DNA of 64,000 bases from NCBI GenBank assembly GCA_049970055.1, contig JBMFNR010000002.1, forward strand, positions 244,406 through 308,405, in the 5' to 3' direction. Origin of the DNA: Fervidobacterium sp. (GTDB taxonomy: Bacteria; Thermotogota; Thermotogae; Thermotogales; Fervidobacteriaceae). This document shows, one piece after another, positions 30,273 through 40,350 of this stretch; within the stretch, counting starts at the first letter, position 1; the number at the start of each line of letters is the position of its first letter. Below the pieces are notes generated by a model. It saw nothing but the letters and a program-made list of their open reading frames with translations, searched no databases and was not told the origin of the DNA. A program made the translations under genes and the position numbers.

Positions 30273-30895
30273 CTTTCCGCCTCCGTATTCGTTGCCGTTG
30301 ATGTCTTATCTATTTCTTCCATGCTCATGATCTGATTATCAATGCCTTTTCGACTCTTTGCCAATTCATTTTCATGCATTTGTTTATATTTATCGTACAA
30401 ACTCATAACGTTTTTTGCGTAAATTTCTTTATTTTTACCATTGTTGTATGATTCGAGAGCTTTTGAAAGTGATCCTGTCTTTTTGTAAAGGTACGAAAGA
30501 TACGCAGTACCATACGTTATGTTCAACTTATAATCCGTTAAGAGCTGGTTCCAATCTTTTGGAACTTCCAAACTAAGTAATTTCGCAATAATTTGTGCCG
30601 TAGATGGAAGAATCTGCATCATTCCAAGAACTCCACCCGGACCTTTCGCATTTACAAAGTTACTTTCGTACGCTATAACAGTTGTTATAAACACCGGGTC
30701 CATTTCGTATTTTTCGCTCACAGCACATATCGTATTCCACAGTTCTTCGATAAATTCAACAGTAGTTTTTTCCTTCACACCTGTTCTTTTTTTTGCTACA
30801 ACATCTGCAAACCACCCAGGTGCTTGACTAAAAGCAAGTGAAGAAATAATTAATAAAGTTAAAAATGTAATTAACTTTGAAAATCTCTCTATCAT
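30269..30895 (-). CDS. Lytic transglycosylase (SLT domain), exported
   Basis: IAYESNF, GMMQILPST, NITYGTAYL, ALESYN. Confidence 0.88.
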   Translation of the reverse strand: MIERFSKLITFLTLLIISSLAFSQAPGWFADVVAKKRTGVKEKTTVEFIEELWNTICAVSEKYEMDPVFITTVIAYESNFVNAKGPGGVLGMMQILPSTAQIIAKLLSLEVPKDWNQLLTDYKLNITYGTAYLSYLYKKTGSLSKALESYNNGKNKEIYAKNVMSLYDKYKQMHENELAKSRKGIDNQIMSMEEIDKTSTATNTEAER

Positions 30896-30909
30896 TTTTT
30901 CACCTCAGA

Positions 30910-31272
30910 TTATTTCATAAACTTTACAGTTCCCAGAGCCACGATCCAACCAAGTAAAAAGCCATATATAACCTCCATAAGAGTATGGCCTTTATTTGGA
31001 TCAACGTTTCTTCTCAAACCTACAGCATCAGCTGTTGTAATGGCCAAAAAGATGGCAGCTACCGCAGTTATTGGTGATCTAAAACCTTCAATATAACCAA
31101 CAGTCCAAGCCAAAGCCGACGTAGTTGCCACATGTGCACTTGGCATACCACCATATCTTCCAAACACTCTGATGTCTTTGTATATGATAACTTTTAAAAT
31201 TTGCGCTGCGAGAAAGCCAAAGAAAGCAGACACAAATGGCACATTTTGAGACAGTTCCAATATCCAACGCAT
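30910..31272 (-). CDS. Divergent PAP2 / DUF212 membrane protein
   Basis: AQILKV, GGMPSAH, DAVGLRR, GHT..EV. Confidence 0.85.
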   Translation of the reverse strand: MRWILELSQNVPFVSAFFGFLAAQILKVIIYKDIRVFGRYGGMPSAHVATTSALAWTVGYIEGFRSPITAVAAIFLAITTADAVGLRRNVDPNKGHTLMEVIYGFLLGWIVALGTVKFMK

Positions 31273-31304
31273 ATTTAAGACTCCTTTGTGATTTAAACTT
31301 TTCA

Positions 31305-31733
31305 CTAAATTTCTTCTTTCTTTGGTGGAATTAGGTACTTCTTTTTCAAAAAAAGGAGGTTTCCTTCCTTAACATCTTTGAATTCCATAACATCGAATAT
31401 GCGTTGTATTATGTAAACACCAAGTCCTCCCGGTCTTATGTCGTCAAGGTCTCTTGATTTTATCTTGCTTGGGTCTACCCTTGGTCCAAAGTCCCTCAGT
31501 AATATTTCCAGTTCATTGGGATCTTTCCAATTCATGGTCATAACGATGTATTTTGGTTCTCCTTTGTACGTATGCTGAATTATATTTGCAATTGCTTCGT
31601 TGATTGCAAGTTCAGTATCGAAGATGTCCTTATCAAAGGCTCCTCGGAAAGAAAGGAATGTATGTAAGACCGCTCGTACCATTTTTATATTCTCAACAAG
31701 ACCAGGAAAGGAAATAGTTACCGTTTGATTCAA
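31305..31733 (-). CDS. Anti-sigma factor Ser/Thr kinase (RsbW-like)
   Basis: ELAINEAIANIIQH, RDFG, GGLGVYII. Confidence 0.88.
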   Translation of the reverse strand: MNQTVTISFPGLVENIKMVRAVLHTFLSFRGAFDKDIFDTELAINEAIANIIQHTYKGEPKYIVMTMNWKDPNELEILLRDFGPRVDPSKIKSRDLDDIRPGGLGVYIIQRIFDVMEFKDVKEGNLLFLKKKYLIPPKKEEI

Positions 31734-31752
31734 ATTACAACCTCCCCTTTGT

Positions 31753-32502
31753 TTATCTTTTTCCTATACTACGTTCGTACTTTGTTAATATAATTCCTAA
31801 GGCTACTTTTTCTATATTTCTTGCTGGATTGAAGTAAGTTTTTTCTTTAAATTCGTTTAGTTTCTTTATTATGAGACCAATGTATTGCTCGTTGATATCA
31901 GAAAACAGTACGTAATTTAAAAGCTCATACCATTTGCTTAGATCAACGTCACTTTGCAGTGCAAGCTTCGGTAAATCTTTGTAGCTTCCATTATTGAACC
32001 ATTTTGATATGAGAAGCGCTTGTCTTAAACCTTCTTGTGCTGTTTCGACAACGTTGGAGAGCGCGTAACCCTCATTCGTCTTTACATCAGCGTTAGATGG
32101 CAAAAGGTGAATATCCAAGTTTTCGTAGCTTACAACACCAAATGTGATGTTCGATAATGAATATCTTGAGAATTCTTTTTCTTTTGGACTGTTATATTTT
32201 ACCACAAGAATTCTAAATTTTTTCAGTTCAGTTTTGAAATATTTTGAAAGCCTCTTTATCTCCTCTGGATAAGTAAATTGCTCAAAAGCCCATGTTCTTA
32301 TATAACTATCCAATAGTTTATCTATAATTTCCTTCTCGTCTTTGATTTCGATTAGGAGGGTTATATCACCGATCGAGTAAGGAATCAGAATATATTTCTC
32401 ATTGTTGTAACTGTATTCAACCTTGACTTTTGAAGTGAGTGCAATATCCGCGTAGATTTGCTTTTCCTGTTGAACTTCATCTTTGGATGAGTATATCCTC
32501 AT
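31753..32502 (-). CDS. Hypothetical protein (weak CdaR/PucR-like C-terminus)
   Basis: ATG at 32502 after AGGAG; embedded in the operon. Confidence 0.6.
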   Translation of the reverse strand: MRIYSSKDEVQQEKQIYADIALTSKVKVEYSYNNEKYILIPYSIGDITLLIEIKDEKEIIDKLLDSYIRTWAFEQFTYPEEIKRLSKYFKTELKKFRILVVKYNSPKEKEFSRYSLSNITFGVVSYENLDIHLLPSNADVKTNEGYALSNVVETAQEGLRQALLISKWFNNGSYKDLPKLALQSDVDLSKWYELLNYVLFSDINEQYIGLIIKKLNEFKEKTYFNPARNIEKVALGIILTKYERSIGKR

Positions 32503-33061
32503 TTTTTTCACTCCTTCGATACGAAAACGCACATCCGCAATAGTTCTGCCTGTAAATATTGAGTTGTTTTATTAACTTTTGTGCATCGTTGTAGAGTGGT
32601 GTTTTTCGATAGATATTCGGAAGGTACGTTACACCGTATATCTTCATAATGTCGCTTCCGATTTTGTTGATCATCTCAGTAGACTTTCTTGGAGAAGATG
32701 TAAGCGTTGTAGAAAATGATTGGTAACCATTTTCCAAAGCAAATTTTGCCGTCTTTTCGAGTCTCATATTAATACATATTTCACACCTTTTTCCCTTTTC
32801 AGGTTCATTTTCGTATCCTTTTGCACGCTTAAAAAAATTCTCTGGATCGTAAGGGACTTTTATTACATTCAAGCTCCACAAATCGGCAAGTTTCAACACT
32901 TCGTTATATCTTTTTTCGTACTCTGCCTTAGGATGTATATTTGGATTGTAAAAATATATATCTCCGCGGGCGCCTGAAATGTAAGCTATTACTAAATCTG
33001 GTGCACAACAAACATGAAGAAGGTGACAACTTTTTTCCATTTTTTGAATTACGTAATCCAT
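32477..33061 (-). CDS. queH: Epoxyqueuosine reductase QueH (DUF208)
   Basis: LLHVCCAPD, YNPNIHP, RCEIC, YRQNYCGC. Confidence 0.92.
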   Translation of the reverse strand: MDYVIQKMEKSCHLLHVCCAPDLVIAYISGARGDIYFYNPNIHPKAEYEKRYNEVLKLADLWSLNVIKVPYDPENFFKRAKGYENEPEKGKRCEICINMRLEKTAKFALENGYQSFSTTLTSSPRKSTEMINKIGSDIMKIYGVTYLPNIYRKTPLYNDAQKLIKQLNIYRQNYCGCAFSYRRSEKNEDILIQR

Positions 33062-33510
33062 TAAAACACCTTCTTAGAATCTAACAGTAATGTTACAGGC
33101 CCGTCGTTACTTATTTCCACAAGCATGTGCGCGGCAAAGATACCACTTTCAACATGTAAGCCATATTCTTTTACGAGTTCTATGAACTTTTCATACAATA
33201 CTTTTGCAATTTTTGGAGCAGCACTTTCCGAATACGAAGGTCTCCTACCTTTTCTGCAATCGCCGTACAAAGTGAATTGCGATACGATAAGCATTTCGCC
33301 TTTCACATCCAGTAAAGAAAGGTTCATCTTCCCATCATTATCATCAAATATCCTTAAATTCACAATTTTTTCCGCCAAATACTTTGCATCGTCAACGGTG
33401 TCATCTTTGCCTACGCCAATTAAAACAACTAGCCCATTCCCAATTTTACCTACGATCTGACCATCCACAGAAACACTCGCTTTCGATACGCGTTGCACAA
33501 CTGCACGCAC
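33061..33510 (-). CDS. dtd: D-aminoacyl-tRNA deacylase
   Basis: [19 protein letters not shown]. Confidence 0.97.
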   Translation of the reverse strand: MRAVVQRVSKASVSVDGQIVGKIGNGLVVLIGVGKDDTVDDAKYLAEKIVNLRIFDDNDGKMNLSLLDVKGEMLIVSQFTLYGDCRKGRRPSYSESAAPKIAKVLYEKFIELVKEYGLHVESGIFAAHMLVEISNDGPVTLLLDSKKVF

Positions 33511-33511
33511 G

Positions 33512-35716
33512 TTAAGAACGCACCACCTTTCTAACGCCTGGTGAGGATTTGAAAAAGCTCATTATATCGTCGAGTTCCTCAACGGATTTAACACTTACAT
33601 TCAGTGAGATAACAACAGCTTCGTCTGATATATCTTCGAATTTGAAATTTCTAATTTCTATCTTTCTTTCCATTGCACGTGAGAGTATATCTGGTACACG
33701 CTCTTTTCTGTCAAGTTCCATCTTCACGAGTACACCGAATTGAGCAGTTATATCAGATTGCCAAAGTGCCGGAAATTTTCTATCGCTTCCAAGATTCACG
33801 ATGTTGTGGCAATTTGATCTATGTACTACAATTCCGCGTTTACTTGCCACGCCGATGATTCTATCACCAGGGATGGGGTTACAGCATTTTGCAAAGAGTA
33901 TTTCAAGCCCATCAAGTCCATCAACGATCACAAGAGAACCAGTTGATTTCCTTTTCTTTGGTTCTACTTTCTTTTTTTGTTGTTCCTTAACGCCCAGTAT
34001 TCCGAGCAAATCATCTTGAGTAATTGTTTTGTCACCAAGGCGAGTAACAAATTCCTCTTCGTCTATCTGGTGTAACATTTCGTATTTTTTTATTTCGTGT
34101 TTTTGCAGTAGTTCATCGATGGATATATTTAATTTTTTGGCGACCCGCCTTAATACGTCTTTCCCTCTTTCGATAAGCTGTTCTTTCTCTTTTTCTTTGA
34201 AGAACCTTTTTATCTTTGCCTTTGTTCTTGGGCTCTTCGCATACCTTAACCAATCTAAGCTTGGACCGGGAGAAGATTTATTAACAATAATTTCAACCAC
34301 ATCGCCACTATTAAGTTGGTAATCTATCGGTACGATCTTTCCATTGACCTTGGCACCAGCAAAGTGGTGTCCAATTTCCGTATGTACCGCATAAGCAAAA
34401 TCAACAGGTGTTGCTCCGTATGGTAAATGTATAATCTCACCCTTTGGAGTAAGAACGAAGACCTCGGACATTTGGAGTTCTTTCTTCAAATCATCGAGAC
34501 TCGCGTAACCTTGCGAGAGTTCCTTGCGCCATTCAGAAAGTCTAAGCAACCATTTTTGCTTTATATTGACCGCTGGTTCGCCCTCTTTGTAAGCCCAGTG
34601 CGCAATTAAACCATATTCAGCTTCTTCGTGCATTTGTTGGTCTCTAATTTGAACTTCCAATGGTTCTCCAAACTGTGTTATCACAGTTGTGTGGATGGAT
34701 CTGTAACCGTTAGATTTTGGTGCAGCTATGTAATCTTTGAATCTTCCAGGTAGTGGTACCCAGAGGCTATGGACAATTCCAATAGTTGTGTAGCAAGTTG
34801 TAACATCTTTTACTATGGCTCTAAGTCCCATTAAATCGTACAACTCGTTGAAGTCCTTACCTTTTTGTAGCATCTTTTTCCAAATACTGTAGTAATGTTT
34901 ATACCGTCCCTCGACCGTTGCTTTGATATTATGCTCTTCGAGAGCTGTTTGGAGTTGTTGGATGTAGTTTTTTAATCGTTCCTCCCTTTCTGTTTTCTTT
35001 TGCGAGATCATCTGTTTTATTTTCTGATATTCATCGTAGTGCAAGACTTTAAAACTCAAATCTTCAAGTTCAGATTTTATCACGTTGATTCCAAGCTTAT
35101 GCGCAATAGGTGCGTAAACTTCTAATGTTTCCATAGCTTTGTAGCGTTTCTTTTCATTATCTTCCACAAATTCAATAGTGCGCATATTGTGAAGTCTATC
35201 TGCAAGTTTAACGAAGATAACCCTGATATCTTCTGCCATTGCAAAGAGCATCTTTTGAATAGTTTCTAACTTTTTTCTCTGCTCAGTGTTTCCAACCGGT
35301 GCATTGATTTTACTTACTTTAGTTACACCATCAACAATCAGCGCAATATCGTGCCCAAATTGTTTTTCTATCATCTCGTAAGTAACTTTTCCATTACTAT
35401 CTTCTATTGCATCGTGTAGTATCGCTGCGATAATACTTTCGGCATCCAATTTCAACGAAGCCACAATTTTTGCAACTTCGAGTGGATGAACGATGAACGG
35501 TTCACCAGACTTTCTGTAAAGTCCTTCGTACGCGATCTTGCCAAGTTCGATAGCCTTTTTAATTTTAACCTTATCACTTTCGGCAAGTTTTCTCCCAAGT
35601 AAGTTTTCGATTTCTTGTATAAACGCTTCACTTTCTATTTTCTCTGAAATTGTAATCCCATTGCCGCCTTCCTGTAGGTAGTCTCCCTGTAGGTATTTGC
35701 CAAGATTTTCAGGCAT
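33512..35716 (-). CDS. relA: Bifunctional (p)ppGpp synthetase/hydrolase (long RSH)
   Basis: [36 protein letters not shown] and ACT domains. Confidence 0.96.
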   Translation of the reverse strand: MPENLGKYLQGDYLQEGGNGITISEKIESEAFIQEIENLLGRKLAESDKVKIKKAIELGKIAYEGLYRKSGEPFIVHPLEVAKIVASLKLDAESIIAAILHDAIEDSNGKVTYEMIEKQFGHDIALIVDGVTKVSKINAPVGNTEQRKKLETIQKMLFAMAEDIRVIFVKLADRLHNMRTIEFVEDNEKKRYKAMETLEVYAPIAHKLGINVIKSELEDLSFKVLHYDEYQKIKQMISQKKTEREERLKNYIQQLQTALEEHNIKATVEGRYKHYYSIWKKMLQKGKDFNELYDLMGLRAIVKDVTTCYTTIGIVHSLWVPLPGRFKDYIAAPKSNGYRSIHTTVITQFGEPLEVQIRDQQMHEEAEYGLIAHWAYKEGEPAVNIKQKWLLRLSEWRKELSQGYASLDDLKKELQMSEVFVLTPKGEIIHLPYGATPVDFAYAVHTEIGHHFAGAKVNGKIVPIDYQLNSGDVVEIIVNKSSPGPSLDWLRYAKSPRTKAKIKRFFKEKEKEQLIERGKDVLRRVAKKLNISIDELLQKHEIKKYEMLHQIDEEEFVTRLGDKTITQDDLLGILGVKEQQKKKVEPKKRKSTGSLVIVDGLDGLEILFAKCCNPIPGDRIIGVASKRGIVVHRSNCHNIVNLGSDRKFPALWQSDITAQFGVLVKMELDRKERVPDILSRAMERKIEIRNFKFEDISDEAVVISLNVSVKSVEELDDIMSFFKSSPGVRKVVRS

Positions 35717-35735
35717 CCAAACACCTCTTAAAATG

Positions 35736-36608
35736 TTATATTACCAATTTTCTGACCGCTTCGAATTTTTCTTTATCAGCTACGTGTAAGTATATACTCG
35801 TTGTGCTTAAATTTGCATGTCCTAAGAGTTCTTGTACGATTTTAACATTCACATTGTTCATTATCAGATGCGTTGCAAATGAATGACGAAGTGTATGTGG
35901 GTGAATCTTCTTTGTTATTCCTGCTCTTTTTGCTGCTCGTTTCACTATTCTGAACACAGTTGCGGGGTGTATAGCCTTTCCACGACTTTCTATAAAATAA
36001 ATTTTGGGTTTGTATTTTTGAGCGTATCTTTCAAGAAACGGTACAACGCTATCACTTATCGGTACCAATCTATCTTTATTTCCTTTGCCCATGACCACTT
36101 TCACGTAAGGTGGGTAAAAAGATACATCTTCAACCTTTAGGTTACACAGCTCACTAACACGCAATCCACAAAAATAAAGAAGTAAGATGATCGTTTTATA
36201 TTTTAATTCCTTCTCTTCATTGAACGCCTCTATTATTGCCTTAACTTCATCGATTGTCAGAAAGTTTGGTATCTTCTTCCTTAACCTTGGATGCCTTACC
36301 CGTTCCATAGGGTTTTCAACCAGTACTCCAATTAATTGAAGGTAGTCGAAAAAAGTTCTTAACGAAGAAATATATCGCGATACTGTTGTTTCTGTAACCA
36401 TACCTCCAGTTATCTGGCCTTTAGATAGTGCTTTTATAAACGCTTCTACATCAGAGCGTGTAATATCCTTAACAGGTTTTTGTATATATTCGAAAAACCT
36501 CCGTATATCTTTTATATATGCTTTTACGGTGTTTTCAGAGCTTCGTCTAACATGTATGAGATAATCTTCGTATGTTCGAATCAAATGTTCTATATCGATG
36601 CGTACCAC
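35736..36608 (-). CDS. XerC/D-family tyrosine recombinase
   Basis: GLRVSEL, GKGNKDR, HTLRHSFATHL, LLGHANLSTTSIY. Confidence 0.92.
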   Translation of the reverse strand: MVRIDIEHLIRTYEDYLIHVRRSSENTVKAYIKDIRRFFEYIQKPVKDITRSDVEAFIKALSKGQITGGMVTETTVSRYISSLRTFFDYLQLIGVLVENPMERVRHPRLRKKIPNFLTIDEVKAIIEAFNEEKELKYKTIILLLYFCGLRVSELCNLKVEDVSFYPPYVKVVMGKGNKDRLVPISDSVVPFLERYAQKYKPKIYFIESRGKAIHPATVFRIVKRAAKRAGITKKIHPHTLRHSFATHLIMNNVNVKIVQELLGHANLSTTSIYLHVADKEKFEAVRKLVI

Positions 36609-36621
36609 TCTCCTATACTGG

Positions 36622-37347
36622 CTATATAAAATCTGAATGTTCCATCAACAATTTGTATGCTTTCTTAGCTGCATCTTTCTCTGCATCCTTTTTCGAATTT
36701 CCTACTCCTGTTGATATTTTTTGGCCGTGTATGTACAGTTCAACTAAAAATTTTCCATTTTCGTCGTTTTTAATGGCTTTGTACTCTGGGAGCTCTCTGA
36801 ACTTTTCCTGTGTAATTTCTTGAAGAGCCGTTTTGTAATCAAAAATTCTCTGACCGGTGTAAAATACCTCTATCGCCCTTTTAAACTTTTCGCCGAAGAT
36901 TTTCATAACGCTTTCTAAATCACCATCTAAATAAATCGCAGCACAAAGCGCTTCAAAAGCATCCGCCAATATACTACTTCTTGTTCTCCCGCCGGTTTTT
37001 TCTTCGCCTTTGCCAAGGAAGATGTACTTACCAAGTTCGATTTCCTTAGCCATTTCGGTAAGTACCTCTTCGCTGGCAACGGCTCCTTTGATCTTGGCCA
37101 TGTCACCTTCACTTGAATTTGGGTAATTTTTGTACAGTATGTCGCACACTACAAGTTCTACGACTGCGTCTCCAAGAAATTCAAGGCGTTCGTTATCTTC
37201 AATATTTCTACCAAGTTGGTTTACTTCGTATGCGTAGCTGGAGTGACAGAGGGCATTGAACAGGAGCATTTTATTTTTGAAAGTGTATCCGAGTCGATAC
37301 TGGAGTTCCTCAAGTAAATGTCTTTCTCTTGCTCGTAATTCGTCCAT
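36622..37347 (-). CDS. rnc: Ribonuclease III
   Basis: NERLEFLGDAV, ADAFEAL, dsRBD DYKTALQE...AEKDAA. Confidence 0.97.
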   Translation of the reverse strand: MDELRARERHLLEELQYRLGYTFKNKMLLFNALCHSSYAYEVNQLGRNIEDNERLEFLGDAVVELVVCDILYKNYPNSSEGDMAKIKGAVASEEVLTEMAKEIELGKYIFLGKGEEKTGGRTRSSILADAFEALCAAIYLDGDLESVMKIFGEKFKRAIEVFYTGQRIFDYKTALQEITQEKFRELPEYKAIKNDENGKFLVELYIHGQKISTGVGNSKKDAEKDAAKKAYKLLMEHSDFI

Positions 37348-38288
37348 TCACGCACCTCCACAACATGGAACGTTCTAAGTTTATTGTTCTTCGACTCATT
37401 CCATTCGACTTTTATCGGTACTGCAAATTCCGGCTTTAACTTACCTTCCACGACCCAAAATCGAGAGCTTTCTACCCTGTATATTGAAGGATTAGCAACG
37501 ATTGTCAAAATCAGTGGTTTATCGGCCACGATAACGTCATCTATCACGTCTATTTTCCTCAATTCTTGTGCCAAATTGTATACTTCTTCCCTGAATGGCT
37601 TAACATTTATCACCGCTATATTTTTCGATAGCGGACCTACTATTTTCACATTAGCAATCTCATTTGACGCTGGAAAATAATCGAGTACCATTTCATTTGC
37701 TATAGCCGTTGCTTTGCCGTGGTATGCAGGATTGGTCATCGGTTTAAGAAGATGTTTTAATTTACATCCTTCCCTTAGTGCATGTTCACCAATCCTTCTG
37801 ATCACAACTTTGTATCTATCTAGTATTTTTTGAATTTCGTCCTTACTAATGTCACCCAGTGGGGCATACATACCATTAAATATACGCAGTCCCGTCTGCC
37901 CCCAGGTATCGGATGAATTTGAACCAGTAACCACCAATCGACCATTAGCGTAAGATAACACCGTTGAGATCTTTACCTGCTTTGTGCACATATTACACGA
38001 TGGACCGTATCTCCATATCGCTTCTTGCCCTCTGTTGTACAGGAATGTGATTTTAAAATCAAATCTTTCTGCAAATTCAGAGACGATCTCTAAACTATTA
38101 GAATACGTGTACGGACCATACACAACATGTACCAATTCGATATTTTCTTTTCCTATCGCCTCCGCACAAAGTAAAGCTGAAGCGGTACTATCCATACCTC
38201 CAGAGAATGCTACAACAAAATTTTTGCCGTACTCTTTTGCAACGGTTTTTATATCGTTTAAAATATCTTCAGCAGTGACGTGTTTCAT
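37221..38288 (-). CDS. PP-loop ATPase with Cys motifs (ExsB/LarE-like, function unknown)
   Basis: AFSGGMDS, PSCNMCTK, TGSNSSD, GCKLKH. Confidence 0.75.
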   Translation of the reverse strand: MKHVTAEDILNDIKTVAKEYGKNFVVAFSGGMDSTASALLCAEAIGKENIELVHVVYGPYTYSNSLEIVSEFAERFDFKITFLYNRGQEAIWRYGPSCNMCTKQVKISTVLSYANGRLVVTGSNSSDTWGQTGLRIFNGMYAPLGDISKDEIQKILDRYKVVIRRIGEHALREGCKLKHLLKPMTNPAYHGKATAIANEMVLDYFPASNEIANVKIVGPLSKNIAVINVKPFREEVYNLAQELRKIDVIDDVIVADKPLILTIVANPSIYRVESSRFWVVEGKLKPEFAVPIKVEWNESKNNKLRTFHVVEVREWTNYEQEKDIYLRNSSIDSDTLSKIKCSCSMPSVTPATHTK

Positions 38289-38494
38289 CCCAATCCTCCT
38301 AGCTTAAGAATAGCTTTTCTTATTATTTTACCACAATTCTTGACAAATTTGAATATATTTGAGATTTAAGGTGTGACAATGGAATAAAGTTAGATTTCAA
38401 AAGTCTAATTTACAAAAATCACCATTTGAGATTGGATAATGTTCGTGGTAAACTATTAGTGGGGTAAGGATTATAAAAACACAAAAGAGGTGAG

Positions 38495-40156
38495 ATGATG
38501 TTGTCTGATATTGAAATTGCAAAACAAGCAAAATTGAAACCGATAAGCGAGATTGCTTTTTCACTGGGCATTCCAGATGAAGTTGTAAGACCGTATGGAA
38601 AATATATCGCAAAGATTGATCACCGGTATCTTAAAACCTTAACGGACAAGCCGAACGGGAAGCTCATATTGGTAACAGCCATTACTCCGACTCCGGCTGG
38701 TGAAGGCAAGACTACAACGAGTATTGGACTTTCCATGGCTCTCAACCGCATTGGGAAAAAATCCATCGTTACGCTCAGGGAACCTTCACTTGGGCCTGTA
38801 TTCGGTGTTAAAGGTGGGGCAGCTGGTGGAGGGTATTCGCAAGTTCTTCCCATGGAGGATATAAACTTACACTTTACAGGCGATATCCACGCAGTTACAA
38901 CTGCTCACAACTTGATTTCAGCGATGATAGATGCGCATATCAATCATGGAAATGAAATAGGAATCGATATAAGAAAGATTTACTGGAAGCGTGCAATGGA
39001 TATGAACGATAGAGCATTGAGGCAGATAGTGGTAGCGTTAGGAGGTAGTGCCAACGGATATCCAAGGGAAGATGGATTTTTAATCACCGCTGCATCTGAG
39101 ATTATGGCAACTTTATGTCTTGCAAGTGATATCGGAGACTTAAAAAGAAGGATAGGCGAAATTGTGTTAGCTCAAGGAAAAGAAGGTTTGGTTAGAGTTA
39201 AAGATCTGAAGGCGCAAGGTGCAGTAGCTGCCTTATTGAAAGACGCAATCAATCCTAACCTTGTGCAGACAATCGAAAACACACCGGCATTTGTTCACGG
39301 TGGCCCTTTTGCTAATATCGCACACGGTACAAATACACTTATTGCAACCAAACTTGCTTTAAAGCTTGCCGATTATGTTGTCACGGAAGCAGGTTTTGCG
39401 GCTGATCTTGGTGCTCAGAAGTTTTTAGATTTCGTTGCACCAACTGGCAATTTGTCTGTAGATGCGGTAGTTATTGTTGCATCAATACGCGCGTTGAAAT
39501 ATCACGGTGGTGTGGAAAAGGACAAACTTAACGAGGAAAGTGTGGACGCGGTTCTGAAAGGCATGGAAAACTTAAAAGTACATGTTGAAAATATGAGAAA
39601 GTATGGACTGCCAGTAATCATCGCACTTAATAAATTTTCATCGGATACACAGGCAGAAATTGATACAGTTTTAAAAAATAGCCCAGCAAAGTGTGTTGTT
39701 AACGAAGCTTATGCGAAAGGTTCAGAAGGAGCTCTTGAAATTGCTAAATGTGTTGTTGAAACTATTAAAAGTACTCCAAGTAATTATAAGCCGTTGATAC
39801 CTATGGATCTCCCAGTTGAGCAAAAAATCGAACTGATAGCGAAAGAAATTTACAGAGCTGGTAAAGTTGTATATACGGAAACAGCAAGATCAAAACTTTC
39901 GATGATCAAAAAAAATGGCTTTGGAAATTATCCAGTAATCATAGCAAAGACACAAAACAGTATATCTGACGATCCAAAAAAGATAAATGCACCGAGTGGG
40001 TACGAATTTACCATACGTGACTTCCAAATTAGTGCAGGTGCGGGCTTTGTTGTGGCCTTAGCTGGAGAAATAATGTTAATGCCTGGCCTACCGAAGGTTC
40101 CGGCTGCTGTAAATATAGATATAAACGAAAATGGAGAGATAACTGGACTGTTTTAA
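38495..40156 (+). CDS. fhs: Formate--tetrahydrofolate ligase
   Basis: [42 protein letters not shown]. Confidence 0.97.
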   Translation: MMLSDIEIAKQAKLKPISEIAFSLGIPDEVVRPYGKYIAKIDHRYLKTLTDKPNGKLILVTAITPTPAGEGKTTTSIGLSMALNRIGKKSIVTLREPSLGPVFGVKGGAAGGGYSQVLPMEDINLHFTGDIHAVTTAHNLISAMIDAHINHGNEIGIDIRKIYWKRAMDMNDRALRQIVVALGGSANGYPREDGFLITAASEIMATLCLASDIGDLKRRIGEIVLAQGKEGLVRVKDLKAQGAVAALLKDAINPNLVQTIENTPAFVHGGPFANIAHGTNTLIATKLALKLADYVVTEAGFAADLGAQKFLDFVAPTGNLSVDAVVIVASIRALKYHGGVEKDKLNEESVDAVLKGMENLKVHVENMRKYGLPVIIALNKFSSDTQAEIDTVLKNSPAKCVVNEAYAKGSEGALEIAKCVVETIKSTPSNYKPLIPMDLPVEQKIELIAKEIYRAGKVVYTETARSKLSMIKKNGFGNYPVIIAKTQNSISDDPKKINAPSGYEFTIRDFQISAGAGFVVALAGEIMLMPGLPKVPAAVNIDINENGEITGLF

Positions 40157-40225
40157 AAATTGCATACGCGAATATCTCTAAACATATAGGAGAAAAAAAG
40201 AGATTTTCGATAATTTTCTTTGAAA

Positions 40226-40243
40226 ATGTGATACTCTTCACAA
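40226..40243. promoter_or_regulatory. Putative Rex operator upstream of gdhA
   Basis: ATGTGAT-ACTC-TTCACAA versus consensus TTGTGAA-N4-TTCACAA. Confidence 0.6.
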
Positions 40244-40350
40244 AAATTCCGGTTGCCTACTTTCCAAACCTGAAAGATAATAGTTTCGAATATCTAAAAT
40301 ATGCTTTAATATTTGTAATTCCCCACAAAAATACTGAGGAGGGTGCAAAG

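Noticed and set aside
35736..36608. Tyrosine recombinase as a mobile-element integrase
   Set aside because: It is XerC/D-sized, embedded between rnc and rel in a housekeeping operon, with no att repeats or cargo genes
40228..40350. 41-aa N-terminal extension of GdhA in the ORF track
   Set aside because: The strong SD precedes ATG 40351; the upstream part is promoter DNA
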